NCBI GenBank assembly: GCA_038845975.1
Contig: JAWBQF010000011.1
Span: forward strand, 1-64,000
Direction: 5' to 3'
Length of the DNA stretch: 64,000 nt
From: Candidatus Methanomethylicia archaeon
GTDB lineage: Archaea > Thermoproteota > Methanomethylicia > CALHIW01
Position 1 is the first letter of the stretch, and each line of letters starts with the position of its first letter. The notes under the pieces were generated by a model that ran no database searches, had not been told where the DNA came from, and saw only the letters and a program-made list of their open reading frames with translations. The position numbers and the translations under genes are program-made. Positions 32,923-42,783 of this stretch are shown piece after piece.

Positions 32923-33641
32923 TTAGATTCACCAATTTTTTCTGGAATAGTTTTGATATACCTATCATAACCTATTCTATCTATTTTCCCATCTATCATA
33001 GCCCTTGTAAGTATAGCTTTAGCCACATCATAAGCCATATCTGTTAGTAAATAGAGAGGCTTCATATCATGGTCTTTAAATCCTATATTAACCTCAACAA
33101 TTTTAACCCCCTTCTTATAAAGATCTATAAGAATACCGATATCTACTCCCCAATCCTCCTCAAAACTTACGGATAAGAAAACACTTTTAAGCCCAGCTAT
33201 TTCACCACTTAAGGGCTGACTAAACGATATTAACTCCGGATAAAACATTCTAAGTAGTGGTCTTGCAACAAGCTCCGTAACTCTACCTGCTTTCCTTCCA
33301 AATGCTCCCTTGACAAAGTCCGCTTCTCCATTAACAATTGGTTTAGTAAGACTTAAAATCATTGAGGAATCCAGATTTTTTATATCAGCATCTAAAAAGA
33401 CAATTATACTTCCCCTAGCGTAGTACACTCCATCCCTCATAGCTATGCCCTTTCCTGGATACTTTAGATTACTTTGATAAACTACATGAGCACCTGCTTT
33501 CAATGCTTTTTTAACAGTATTATCTGTACTTCCCCCGTCAATAACAATAACCTCCATAACATTTTGAGTTCTCTTAGCTATTTTGACGTTTCTCTCAATA
33601 AATTTCTCCTCATTCTTTGCTGGAAAGCAAACACTAATCAT
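32919..33641 (-). CDS. gpgS: Glucosyl-3-phosphoglycerate synthase-like glycosyltransferase
   Basis: PAKNEE, GKG, FLDAD, GRVTELVARPLL, QPLSGE, GVDIGILID. Confidence 0.82.
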   Translation of the reverse strand: MISVCFPAKNEEKFIERNVKIAKRTQNVMEVIVIDGGSTDNTVKKALKAGAHVVYQSNLKYPGKGIAMRDGVYYARGSIIVFLDADIKNLDSSMILSLTKPIVNGEADFVKGAFGRKAGRVTELVARPLLRMFYPELISFSQPLSGEIAGLKSVFLSVSFEEDWGVDIGILIDLYKKGVKIVEVNIGFKDHDMKPLYLLTDMAYDVAKAILTRAMIDGKIDRIGYDRYIKTIPEKIGESK

Positions 33642-33883
33642 AAGTTACATAGATATTCATTATTAAAAATTTTACTACATCTATATAGTTTTTGTAGCTT
33701 TAGATATGAAAACATCACGATTATGACCTAAATTCATGGAGAACTAACAGTCAGAAGAAGTTTAAATATTCTGACAGTTAATTGTAAGCCTTAATCTGAT
33801 AACTTGATGGAAACTACAGTTAGAAGTAATAAACATGGATTCACATAGCAGAAAACTAGATAGTTAAGTTTTTATATTTTCTA

Positions 33884-34844
33884 GCTTTGTGGCTTAATTC
33901 TTTGTTGTCTAGGTTTCTTCCTTGATTTATGTTTCTTTTTTGATTTTGCTTTATAGGTTTATTAGCATGTTGTATATGTATGCTTGGCTTCTAGTTCTTT
34001 CTTTATGCTTTCCATGTTTTTTGCCATGCAGTATTCTCCATACTGGCGTTTGAATGTTGAGAATGTTGTTTCAACAGCCCAACGTCTACCGTAGCCCACC
34101 ATCCCCGCCTATCCTTCATCACCCACCTTTTTGATAAGCCTAACCGCTCTACGTCTCTCCAGGGACCTCTATCATCTCTAGCGTTACGTCTAGGCTTGAT
34201 GATGGGTTTTACACCCATCCCTCTAAGGAGATTGTAGACTTCAGAATTATCGTAAGCTCCATCCATAACAGCTTCAGAAACCCTCCCTAGAGGCATCGTT
34301 GATTAATTCTGGTAGAGATTCTGAGTCGTGAACGTCATCTGTGGTTACCTCCATAGCTAAACCTCCCTAGTCTTAACGTTTACTGCGAAGTGGATCTTAA
34401 TGTAGCGCTTCTTCTTGCCGTGTACGCGCGTAACCCATCCACCAGACTTATGCTAACACCGCTTGAGTCAACAGCTATAGTAATAGGGCCTCTTGAAACC
34501 CTCAGCGTGTAAAGATGGGTTAAGCATTAATATACGTCTCCTAACCCAAGAGTAATCAACTGATGGAGGGATAAGCCTATTTAAAGCCCTAGTGAAGCCT
34601 TCAAGCTGTCTGTAAGGCATCGAGAAGAGATAACGTACAACGGTGAGGAATTCAACATACCTAACGGTAATCTTGAAGGGGCAGCTACCTTACCACGATT
34701 CAAATCCATAAGCTCAACATCATAGCCTTCAGAAATTCCAAGCCAAGTAGAAGCTCACCACGCCTAACAAGCCTCTCATCAACAACAGACCAATACATAA
34801 ATTAAAGTAAAACATAAGAAACTTAAAGAATTAAGCCACAAAGC
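33884..34844 (-). mobile_element. IS5-family element with frameshifted transposase
   Basis: Perfect 20-bp TIR GCTTTGTGGCTTAATTCTTT; flanks TATTTTCTA/AATTTTCTT; IAVDSSG, KIHFAV, DGAYD, GYGRRWAVETTFS in different frames. Confidence 0.92.
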
Positions 34845-34989
34845 AATTTTCTTACTAATCACATTTGCAAATTTTCGATTTTGAGCTTAATGAAGAGTTT
34901 AACAAGGTAGTTTCGAAAAGTAAAATTATGGTTATTACCTCTATGGCAAATAGTGTTTATCACGTAAATTTACAGTCCAGTATTTAGTA

Positions 34990-35180
34990 AGGTATACTGG
35001 TAAAGTTTTATTTGTGAAGTTGATGTTTATAGTGTTCATGAAACATTTTCAAGATATGGTATATTATATAGTGCCTAATAACACTTGTTATTGCTAATGG
35101 CAAGATTGTAGAGAAATTATAGGTATTATTCCAGAAGCTGAACTTTAAAATCAGCTAGAACAGCATATTATTGAAATAAA
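34990..35180 (+). pseudogene. Thioredoxin-like C-terminal remnant
   Basis: Fragments YIVP / TLVIANGKIVEK / IGIIPEAEL across frames. Confidence 0.3.
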
Positions 35181-35442
35181 TAATTTAAATTCAGGACTAT
35201 GTATTTCAACTACTTATTAAATTCATATTTTAGGTAACACTACCTCTAAGGAAAGTTAGAATTCTAAACTTAAACTAATGTAATAATATTCTCACCATAC
35301 TTTTTAAATGAATTCGTTTAATTCTTAAGTAATTATAGTAAAGATTGTTTAGTCTATGTAGATTCAAGTATTACTTAGGAATTCCGAATTAGAAAATCAT
35401 CTTAACTATTTAGTGTTTTCTAGCCGTTTACCTGTAATTAAT

Positions 35443-35513
35443 AGGTTAAAGATATTTGTCCAATAAGTTTATAAGCTCATCCTCTCTTAAATAAGGAAGT
35501 TGTGGTGGAGGTG
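35443..35513 (+). promoter_or_regulatory. aro operon promoter: candidate operator half-site, TATA box and SD
   Basis: TGTCCA 35457-35462; TTTATAAG 35468-35475; GGAGGTG 35507-35513. Confidence 0.6.
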
Positions 35514-35515
35514 CT

Positions 35516-35572
35516 ATGAATAGCCAATACCAATTTCAAGAAGTAACAATACTACTAATCAGCATATATTAG
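35516..35572 (+). other. 18-codon uORF MNSQYQFQEVTILLISIY, or frameshifted true start of the next gene
   Basis: ATG follows a strong SD and is out of frame with 35593, whose frame is open from 35524. Confidence 0.5.
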
Positions 35573-35592
35573 GTAGTTTAAGAAATATTATA

Positions 35593-36660
35593 TTGAAAGC
35601 TTTAAATAGGAATCAAATACTTCTACTATCTAAAATCAATGAAAATTCTGAGAGTACAATAACCTCTCTTCTAACAAAGCTATCTAATGAACTGGATATT
35701 CCTCTTTCAACATTAAAGTTTAATGCTAAAATTTTAAAATCGTTAAATCTTATAGAGTTTAAGCAGAATGATAAGGCTAGAATTGTCTGCTTATCGGAAG
35801 CAGGTAAATTCATACTTAACATAGTTAACTTACAGTTTAACGAGAATTACTTATCTATTATTAAAAATCTATCTGAAGCTAAACTTATCTTTCCAAGTAT
35901 TTCTCAATCGAGAACTTTTCTTGAAGAGCCTCTTTTAAACAATCTTAAAGCTATAGCCTCAAGAATTAGAGAGAATGTTGTAAGGATGATTTCTGAAGCC
36001 GGTTCAGGACATCTTGGAGCTTCTCTTTCTATTATTGATATTCTTGTAGTTTTATATTTTCTTAAAATTAAACATGATCCAAAAAATCCATCATGGTCTG
36101 AACGTGACAGGGTAATATTAAGTAAGGGACATGCAGCTCCAGCCTTATATGCTGTTCTAGCTGAATGTGGCTATTTCCCAACATCCTTACTAAGTAGTTT
36201 AAGAAGAATTGATAGCTTCTTACAGGGACATCCTGAAGTATACATACCTGGTATTGATATGGTTTCAGGATCTTTAGGTCAGGGTTTATCAATAGCTAAC
36301 GGTATGGCATTATCATTTAGGCTTAATGGTAAGAACAATCGAGTATATGTTATCATGGGCGATGGTGAATTAAATGAGGGTCAGGTATGGGAGGCTGCCT
36401 TAACATCAAGCCATTTAATGCTTGACAATATTACAGTTATAATAGATAGAAATGGTTTTCAACAGGAGGGATCTACTGAAAATATTAAGAGACTTGAACC
36501 TCTAGCTGAGAAGTGGAAGGCTTTTGGATGGCACGCCATAGAGATTGATGGACATGATTTAAATCAAATAATAGCTGCCTTAAATGAAGCTGAACTTACT
36601 AAGGGTTATCCAACAGTTATAATTGCTCATACAATTAAGGGTTTTCAGCAGAATTATTGA
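35593..36660 (+). CDS. Winged-HTH regulator fused to transketolase N-terminal (TPP-binding) subunit
   Basis: IPLSTLKFNAKILKSLNLI..LSEAGK wHTH; GSGHLG, LSKGHAAP, GSLGQG, GDGELNEG..N. Confidence 0.9.
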   Translation: MKALNRNQILLLSKINENSESTITSLLTKLSNELDIPLSTLKFNAKILKSLNLIEFKQNDKARIVCLSEAGKFILNIVNLQFNENYLSIIKNLSEAKLIFPSISQSRTFLEEPLLNNLKAIASRIRENVVRMISEAGSGHLGASLSIIDILVVLYFLKIKHDPKNPSWSERDRVILSKGHAAPALYAVLAECGYFPTSLLSSLRRIDSFLQGHPEVYIPGIDMVSGSLGQGLSIANGMALSFRLNGKNNRVYVIMGDGELNEGQVWEAALTSSHLMLDNITVIIDRNGFQQEGSTENIKRLEPLAEKWKAFGWHAIEIDGHDLNQIIAALNEAELTKGYPTVIIAHTIKGFQQNY

Positions 36661-36672
36661 AATGGTGTTTAA

Positions 36673-37605
36673 ATGAAATCTATTAGGGAAGAATTTGGTA
36701 AGGTGCTTACTAGCCTAGGTGCTAAATATAGTAATTTGGTAGTTCTTGATGCTGATTGTGGTTCTCATACTAAATCTAAGAATTTTTCACAGAAATATCC
36801 TGAAAGGTTTTTCAATATTGGTATAAGTGAGCAAGATCTTGTCGGGATTGCTGCTGGATTAGCAGCATGCGGTAAAATTCCTATTGTTTCATGCTACTCG
36901 ATGTTTTTAATGCGTGCATGGGAGCAGATTAGAAATACCATCGGTAGAGCTAATCTTAACGTTAAGCTTATCGCTACCCATGCTGGGGCATCGCCACATG
37001 CTGATGGAAGCTCACATCAATGTTTTGAGGATCTATCTATTATGAGGGTTATCCCAAACATGACCGTAATAGCTCCAGCAGACTCTAAATCTATGGCTTT
37101 ACTTCTTGAAGAAGCTATAGATCTTAACGGTCCCATTTACATGAGGCTTGGAAGAGATGAAGTTCATGATGTATATGATAGTAATCCCCATCTTGAAATA
37201 GGTAAAGCTAATACTATAGTTGATGGATCTGATGTTTCAATAATAGCTTCAGGAGTTCTAGTTTATGAGGCTTTAACAGCTTCTCAAATGCTTAAAAGAG
37301 ATGGAGTTAGTGCTAGTGTAATCGATCTTCATACAATTAAACCTATTGACACTAACATTATTGTTAATGAATCTAGGAAAACTGGTGCCTTAGTAACTGC
37401 TGAGGAACACAGCGTTATTGGAGGTCTTGGAAGCTCAGTTTCTGAAATTGTTGTCAGTGAGTATCCAGTACCCGTAGAAATGGTTGGTGTTAAAAATAGG
37501 TTTGGTGAGTCTTCACTTTCATATCGTGAGCTTCTTTTAAAGCTTGGATTAACAGCATCCAGTATTTATCATGCTGCTAGAAGGGTTTTACTGAGGAAAA
37601 GGTGA
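36673..37605 (+). CDS. Transketolase C-terminal subunit
   Basis: GISEQDLVG, DGSSHQ, EEHSVIGGLG. Confidence 0.95.
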   Translation: MKSIREEFGKVLTSLGAKYSNLVVLDADCGSHTKSKNFSQKYPERFFNIGISEQDLVGIAAGLAACGKIPIVSCYSMFLMRAWEQIRNTIGRANLNVKLIATHAGASPHADGSSHQCFEDLSIMRVIPNMTVIAPADSKSMALLLEEAIDLNGPIYMRLGRDEVHDVYDSNPHLEIGKANTIVDGSDVSIIASGVLVYEALTASQMLKRDGVSASVIDLHTIKPIDTNIIVNESRKTGALVTAEEHSVIGGLGSSVSEIVVSEYPVPVEMVGVKNRFGESSLSYRELLLKLGLTASSIYHAARRVLLRKR

Positions 37606-37609
37606 TTTA

Positions 37610-38443
37610 ATGAAGGATCTAAAACTTCTTAGTAAGAAAAGTATGGAGGATTTTATCATTGTTGATGTTAATGGCTTAAAGATAGGTAGTAATAGCATAG
37701 TCGTTATTGCCGGCCCCTGCTCTATTGAAAGTATTGATCAAGCCTTAGAGATAGCTAAAACAGTAAAAAGTTTTGGTGCTACTATTTTTAGAGGTGGAGC
37801 CTTTAAACCACGTACATCTCCATATAGTTTCCAGGGACTTGGAGTTGAAGGTCTTAAAATACTTTCAAGAGTAAGAGATGAAACAGGTCTCCCAGTTGTT
37901 ACTGAGGTTATGGATACTAGGGATATAGATATTGTTTTAAAGTACTCTGATATACTTCAAGTTGGAGCTAGAAACATGCAGAATTTCCCTCTTCTTAAAG
38001 AGCTTGGGAAAATTAGAGCTCCAGTTATTCTTAAGAGGGGATTTATGTCAACTATTGAGGAGTGGTTATTAGCTGCTGAATATATTGCTCTTGGAGGAAA
38101 TGACCAAATAATACTATGTGAAAGGGGTATACGGACATTTGAAAGGGCTACAAGAAATACTCTTGATCTAAGCTGTATTCCAATAGTTAAACAGCTATGT
38201 AGACTACCTGTAATTACGGATCCAAGCCATGCTACAGGTATTAGGGAGCTTGTTAAACCTATGGCTTTAGCATCCATAGCCGCTGGGGCTGATGGAATTA
38301 TGGTTGAGGTACATAATAACCCTGATAAGGCATTAAGTGATGGTTTCCAATCTTTAACGTTTAGTGGCTTCAAGGATCTTATGGATGGAATTGTTAAGAT
38401 TTCAAAAGCTATTGGTAGGGGTATTATAGGATGTTTAGGCTAA
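37610..38443 (+). CDS. aroF: DAHP synthase (type I-beta, no regulatory domain)
   Basis: IAGPCSIE, KPRTSPYSFQG, CERGIR, DPSH. Confidence 0.96.
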   Translation: MKDLKLLSKKSMEDFIIVDVNGLKIGSNSIVVIAGPCSIESIDQALEIAKTVKSFGATIFRGGAFKPRTSPYSFQGLGVEGLKILSRVRDETGLPVVTEVMDTRDIDIVLKYSDILQVGARNMQNFPLLKELGKIRAPVILKRGFMSTIEEWLLAAEYIALGGNDQIILCERGIRTFERATRNTLDLSCIPIVKQLCRLPVITDPSHATGIRELVKPMALASIAAGADGIMVEVHNNPDKALSDGFQSLTFSGFKDLMDGIVKISKAIGRGIIGCLG

Positions 38444-39507
38444 TATCTACAGTTCAGGTTAAAACATTGAGTAGATGTTATCCAGTATATATAGGATTTA
38501 ACCTATTGGATTTTCTTGATGTCTTCCTATCTAGACATGGTTTAAAAGGTAAGTTTGCATTGGTATCTCACAAGTCGTTAATGGATATTTATGGTGATAA
38601 AATAATATCCTCAATTAGTAGACTAGGCTTAGATACTATTATAATCGATATTCCTGAAGGAGAAGAGAGCAAGAGCTTTAATATGCTTACACAGATATAT
38701 GATGTACTTATTAATAATAGATTTGATAGATGGTCTACAGTTACTGCTTTTGGTGGTGGAGTTATTGGTGATTTAGCTGGGTTTGCAGCTGCAACATTTA
38801 TGAGAGGTATAAATCTAGTGCAAATACCTTCAACTCTACTAGCTCAAGTTGATTCAAGCATTGGCGGTAAGGTTGCAATAGATTATAGAGGTAAGAACAT
38901 TATCGGTGCATTTTACCAGCCAAATCTTGTTATAACGGATTTAAACTTATTAAAATCTCTATCTGTAAAGGAGTTTAGTTCAGGTCTTGCTGAGGTTATA
39001 AAGTATGGTGTTGTAATGGACCCTCAAATACTGGATATATTGGAGAATTACTCTAATCCTCTCCCAGATGATATTGTAGCTGAGCTTATTACTAGGTCCT
39101 GTAGTTGTAAGGCTAGAATTGTTGAAGCTGATGAACGGGATGAGAAGGATATTAGGATAATATTGAATTTTGGGCATACTATTGGGCATGCTATAGAGGT
39201 AGCGTCAAATTTTAAAATAAGTCATGGTGAAGCAGTAGCTATAGGTATGGTTTATGAGGCTAAGCTTTCAGTAATGCTAGGTTTTTTAGATATAGACGTT
39301 GTAAATAGATTAATAGGTATATTGAGTAAGTTTGGCTTACCAATTTCAGTCAGCCAGTTAAATATTGAAAGAATTTTAAGTTCACTTAGTTACGATAAGA
39401 AGATAAAACATGGAAAAATAAGGCTTATTCTTCTTAAATCTGTAGGTAACCCTATTGTACATGATGATGTTCCAATAGATTCTATTAAAAGAGTCTTGGA
39501 GATGTAG
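38431..39507 (+). CDS. aroB: 3-dehydroquinate synthase
   Basis: GGGVIGD, DSSIGGK, LNFGHTIGHAIE, HGEAV. Confidence 0.96.
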   Translation: MFRLISTVQVKTLSRCYPVYIGFNLLDFLDVFLSRHGLKGKFALVSHKSLMDIYGDKIISSISRLGLDTIIIDIPEGEESKSFNMLTQIYDVLINNRFDRWSTVTAFGGGVIGDLAGFAAATFMRGINLVQIPSTLLAQVDSSIGGKVAIDYRGKNIIGAFYQPNLVITDLNLLKSLSVKEFSSGLAEVIKYGVVMDPQILDILENYSNPLPDDIVAELITRSCSCKARIVEADERDEKDIRIILNFGHTIGHAIEVASNFKISHGEAVAIGMVYEAKLSVMLGFLDIDVVNRLIGILSKFGLPISVSQLNIERILSSLSYDKKIKHGKIRLILLKSVGNPIVHDDVPIDSIKRVLEM

Positions 39508-39510
39508 ATT

Positions 39511-40185
39511 ATGGGTGTTAAAATCTGTCCTGTAGTTACACGTTTCAACGATAATGTGATAAGCATAGCTAATAAATTTAAAATATTAGAGTTAAGAATA
39601 GATCTTGTAGGTAGCTTATGGGTTAATGTAGTTTCAAGAATAAAAACAGATTGGATTGCCACATGTAGACGTAGAGATCAAGGTGGAGCTTGGAGTGGTA
39701 GTGAAACGGATAGAATAAATATTTTAATGGAGGCTATTAGACATGGAGCAAAATTTATAGATATAGAGGATTCCACAAACGGTCTTCATGAATTAGTAAA
39801 AATGTTTAAGTCTATGGGTGTCTTAGTTATAGTTTCACATCATGATTTTAACAATACTCCTGAGTTTAACCATATGGTAGATATTGTTAGGAGAGAGATT
39901 GAATTTGGAGCTGATATATGGAAGATAGCTACAACTGCAAATAGCTTTACTGACTGTTTAAATGTGTTGAGGCTTCTTAAGCTTTTCAGAAATACTCCTG
40001 GAATTGCTTTAGCTATGGGTAGCCATGGAGTATTGAGTAGAGTGCTTTCACCATTACTTAACGGCTTCTTAACATATGCTTCAATTGAAAAAGGAGATGA
40101 ATCTGCACCAGGTCAATTAACAGTTAGTGAGCTATTAGAAATATATAGGCTTATAGGTGTTGAAGTTGATAGATGCGAAAACTAA
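39511..40185 (+). CDS. aroD: Type I 3-dehydroquinate dehydratase
   Basis: ELRID, SHHDFNNTP, KIA, SAPGQ. Confidence 0.93.
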   Translation: MGVKICPVVTRFNDNVISIANKFKILELRIDLVGSLWVNVVSRIKTDWIATCRRRDQGGAWSGSETDRINILMEAIRHGAKFIDIEDSTNGLHELVKMFKSMGVLVIVSHHDFNNTPEFNHMVDIVRREIEFGADIWKIATTANSFTDCLNVLRLLKLFRNTPGIALAMGSHGVLSRVLSPLLNGFLTYASIEKGDESAPGQLTVSELLEIYRLIGVEVDRCEN

Positions 40186-41017
40186 GGTTTACTGTTTAAT
40201 TGGGGATCCTGTTGAACATTCTATTTCCCCATTAATATTCAATACTGTATTTAAGCATCTTGGCTTAAATAGTGTTTATATAACATTTCATGTTAAACCT
40301 GAAAATCTAGAGAGTGCTATTAATGGATTTAAAGCTATTGGTGTTAAGGGTTTTAATGTAACTATACCTCATAAGGTTCGAATAACTAAACTAGTAGATT
40401 ATGTTGATGCTAAAGCTCAGCTTATAAATGCTGTGAACGTTGTTAGTAATTGTAACGGTATATTGAAGGGATACAATACTGATGGATGTGGTGCCTTAAA
40501 AGCTCTTAAAAGCTTTAATGTTATAGTTAGTGGTAAAACAGTTACCTTAGTAGGCGCTGGTGGTGCTTCAAGAGCTATAGCATTCGCAATAGCCTATGAA
40601 AACCCTGAAAAAATCTATATAGTTAATAGAACTTTAACTAGAGCTGAAGAGCTAGCTTATAGTTTAAAAAGTAGGGTTAATGCTAAACCATGTAGCTTTA
40701 ATGATCTATATGCTTTTAGAGAGGCTGATATTATTATAAATTGTACTCCAGTCGGTATGTATCCTAATGTTAATGAATCCCCATTTGATTGTAGTCTCTT
40801 AAAGAATGAATGCGTAGTTATGGATATAGTTTACAATCCTGTTGAAACTAAGCTTTTAAGGGAGGCTAAAGCTTTAGGTTTAAAAACTATAGATGGTGTA
40901 CCAATGCTCATATATCAAGCAGCTTTAGCGTTTAAAATATGGATGAATCAATATCCTCCCATTGATTTAATGATGGCTACAGCTTATAGAGCTTTAGGTG
41001 TTAGCAATGTATCGTAA
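40157..41017 (+). CDS. aroE: Shikimate dehydrogenase
   Basis: HSISP, NVTIPHK, NTD, GAGGA, DIVYNP. Confidence 0.96.
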   Translation: MLKLIDAKTKVYCLIGDPVEHSISPLIFNTVFKHLGLNSVYITFHVKPENLESAINGFKAIGVKGFNVTIPHKVRITKLVDYVDAKAQLINAVNVVSNCNGILKGYNTDGCGALKALKSFNVIVSGKTVTLVGAGGASRAIAFAIAYENPEKIYIVNRTLTRAEELAYSLKSRVNAKPCSFNDLYAFREADIIINCTPVGMYPNVNESPFDCSLLKNECVVMDIVYNPVETKLLREAKALGLKTIDGVPMLIYQAALAFKIWMNQYPPIDLMMATAYRALGVSNVS

Positions 41018-41531
41018 CATTGCATTAATTGGCTTCATGGCGTCTGGAAAAACAACTATAGGTAAAGAACTTTCACGTAGAATTGGATTTAAGTTTATCG
41101 ATACAGACTCCGTGATAGAATCCGTTTTTAATATGACTATTTCGCAGATATTTGAAAAGTATGGTGAGATTAGATTTAGAGAAGTTGAAATTGAAGTATT
41201 TAGGAAAGTATCTCTTGAAAAACAAGCTGTTATATCATGTGGTGGTGGAGCTGTACTAAATTGGATCTGTATGCAGTATATTAAGAGTTCCTCAATAGTT
41301 ATATATTTACATGTATCGCTAGATGAGTTGATAATGAGATTGATGGGTGATAATAGTAGGCCGCTTATTAAGTCTTCAAATAATAGAGAATCATATATTA
41401 GAATGAATGCTTTACTTCGTGAACTCCTCTATGTATACTATGCTGATCTAACTATTGACGTATCAAATTTAACTGTTGATCAAGCTGTTAATGAAATAAT
41501 TAATTGTGTTGGTGGTTTAGTTGAATATTAA
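40998..41531 (+). CDS. aroK: Shikimate kinase, bacterial P-loop type (likely start ATG 41007)
   Basis: GFMASGKTT, DTD, GE..FR..E, CGGG, RPL. Confidence 0.93.
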   Translation: MLAMYRNIALIGFMASGKTTIGKELSRRIGFKFIDTDSVIESVFNMTISQIFEKYGEIRFREVEIEVFRKVSLEKQAVISCGGGAVLNWICMQYIKSSSIVIYLHVSLDELIMRLMGDNSRPLIKSSNNRESYIRMNALLRELLYVYYADLTIDVSNLTVDQAVNEIINCVGGLVEY

Positions 41532-42783
41532 AGTATATCCCTCACAAGTACATGGATCAATTAAGGCTCCAGCATCTAAAAGTTACACTCATAGAGTTCT
41601 ATTTTGCTCTGCTTTAGCTAATGGTAGAAGTATAGTTAGGAATCCCTTATTATGTAGTGATGTTTATGCAACTATAAACGCCCTAAGAAGTGTTGGTGTT
41701 GAAGTTTATGTTAATAATGAAAGTATAATAGTTGATGGTGGTGAATTAACTCAGCCACAAAATCCTATAAATTGTATAGAGTCCGGTACAACTATGAGGT
41801 TTACTGTTGGACTCTGCTCATTAATTAACGGTAAATCTATAGTTACAGGTTCAAAGTCTCTTCTAAGAAGGCCTATCAAGCCTCTTGTTGATGCATTAAA
41901 TGTTTTAGGTGCTAAATGTACATGTATTAATGGACTTCCACCTATAACTGTTGAAGGAGTGTTAAAAGGAGGTAGCGTATTGGTTGATAGTAGTTTAAGC
42001 TCTCAGTTTATATCGTCAATAATGATTGCTGCCCCTAAAAGTAGTATTGGTGTTGAAATCAGATCTATAGTAGAGCCTGTCTCAAAACCATATATTCTCA
42101 TAACATTAGATGTAATGAATTCATTTAATGTTTCAGTAAAGTATAGTAATGATTTTAAGTTTATAAGTGTGGAAAGACAAAACTATACTCCTAAAGACTT
42201 TACTGTTGAAGGAGATTGGTCCTCAGCAGCAATTCTACTTGTACTTGGTGTAGTTGGAGGAATGGTTACAGTTCAAGGTCTAAACATGAATAGTTTTCAG
42301 GGAGATAAAAGTATTGTAGACCTCTTAAAGCTAATTAATATTCCAATTGAAATCGGCAACAATTATGTTTCAGTTACAAAACACTTAATTAAGCCATTTG
42401 AATTTAATATTTCAGATACACCTGACCTATTTCCAATTCTATGTGTACTTTCAGCCTGCTCTATTGGTACATGTAGACTTTATGGAGTTAATAGGTTAAG
42501 ATTTAAGGAATCCGATAGGGTTGTTGCAATGGCTGATGGATTAATGAAAATGGGTGTAAATGTAGCTTTAAGTAGCGACTATATAGCTATAAAGGGTGGG
42601 AGGGTTATGGGAGGTGTTACTATTGACTCCTACAATGATCATAGAATCGCTATGGCTTTTACTGTTCTCGCTACAATAGCTGATAACCCTATAATAATTA
42701 AAAATGCTGAATGTGTATCTAAGTCTTATCCAAGCTTTTGGGATGATGTTCGTAGACTAGGTGTTAAATTTGAGGTGGTTTAA
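41521..42783 (+). CDS. aroA: EPSP synthase
   Basis: SKSYTHR, ESGTTMR, SSQF, LRFKESDR, DHRIAM, KSYPSF. Confidence 0.96.
   Translation: MNIKVYPSQVHGSIKAPASKSYTHRVLFCSALANGRSIVRNPLLCSDVYATINALRSVGVEVYVNNESIIVDGGELTQPQNPINCIESGTTMRFTVGLCSLINGKSIVTGSKSLLRRPIKPLVDALNVLGAKCTCINGLPPITVEGVLKGGSVLVDSSLSSQFISSIMIAAPKSSIGVEIRSIVEPVSKPYILITLDVMNSFNVSVKYSNDFKFISVERQNYTPKDFTVEGDWSSAAILLVLGVVGGMVTVQGLNMNSFQGDKSIVDLLKLINIPIEIGNNYVSVTKHLIKPFEFNISDTPDLFPILCVLSACSIGTCRLYGVNRLRFKESDRVVAMADGLMKMGVNVALSSDYIAIKGGRVMGGVTIDSYNDHRIAMAFTVLATIADNPIIIKNAECVSKSYPSFWDDVRRLGVKFEVV

Noticed and set aside
33744-33830. Short imperfect inverted repeats (CAGTCAGAA/TTCTGACAG/CAGTTAGAA)
   Set aside because: Possibly MITE relics, but boundaries and TSD could not be defined
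36600-36660. Apparent C-terminal truncation of the transketolase N-subunit after AHTIKG
   Set aside because: All TPP motifs are present and, as I recall, short N-subunits occur in archaeal aro operons; not called a pseudogene
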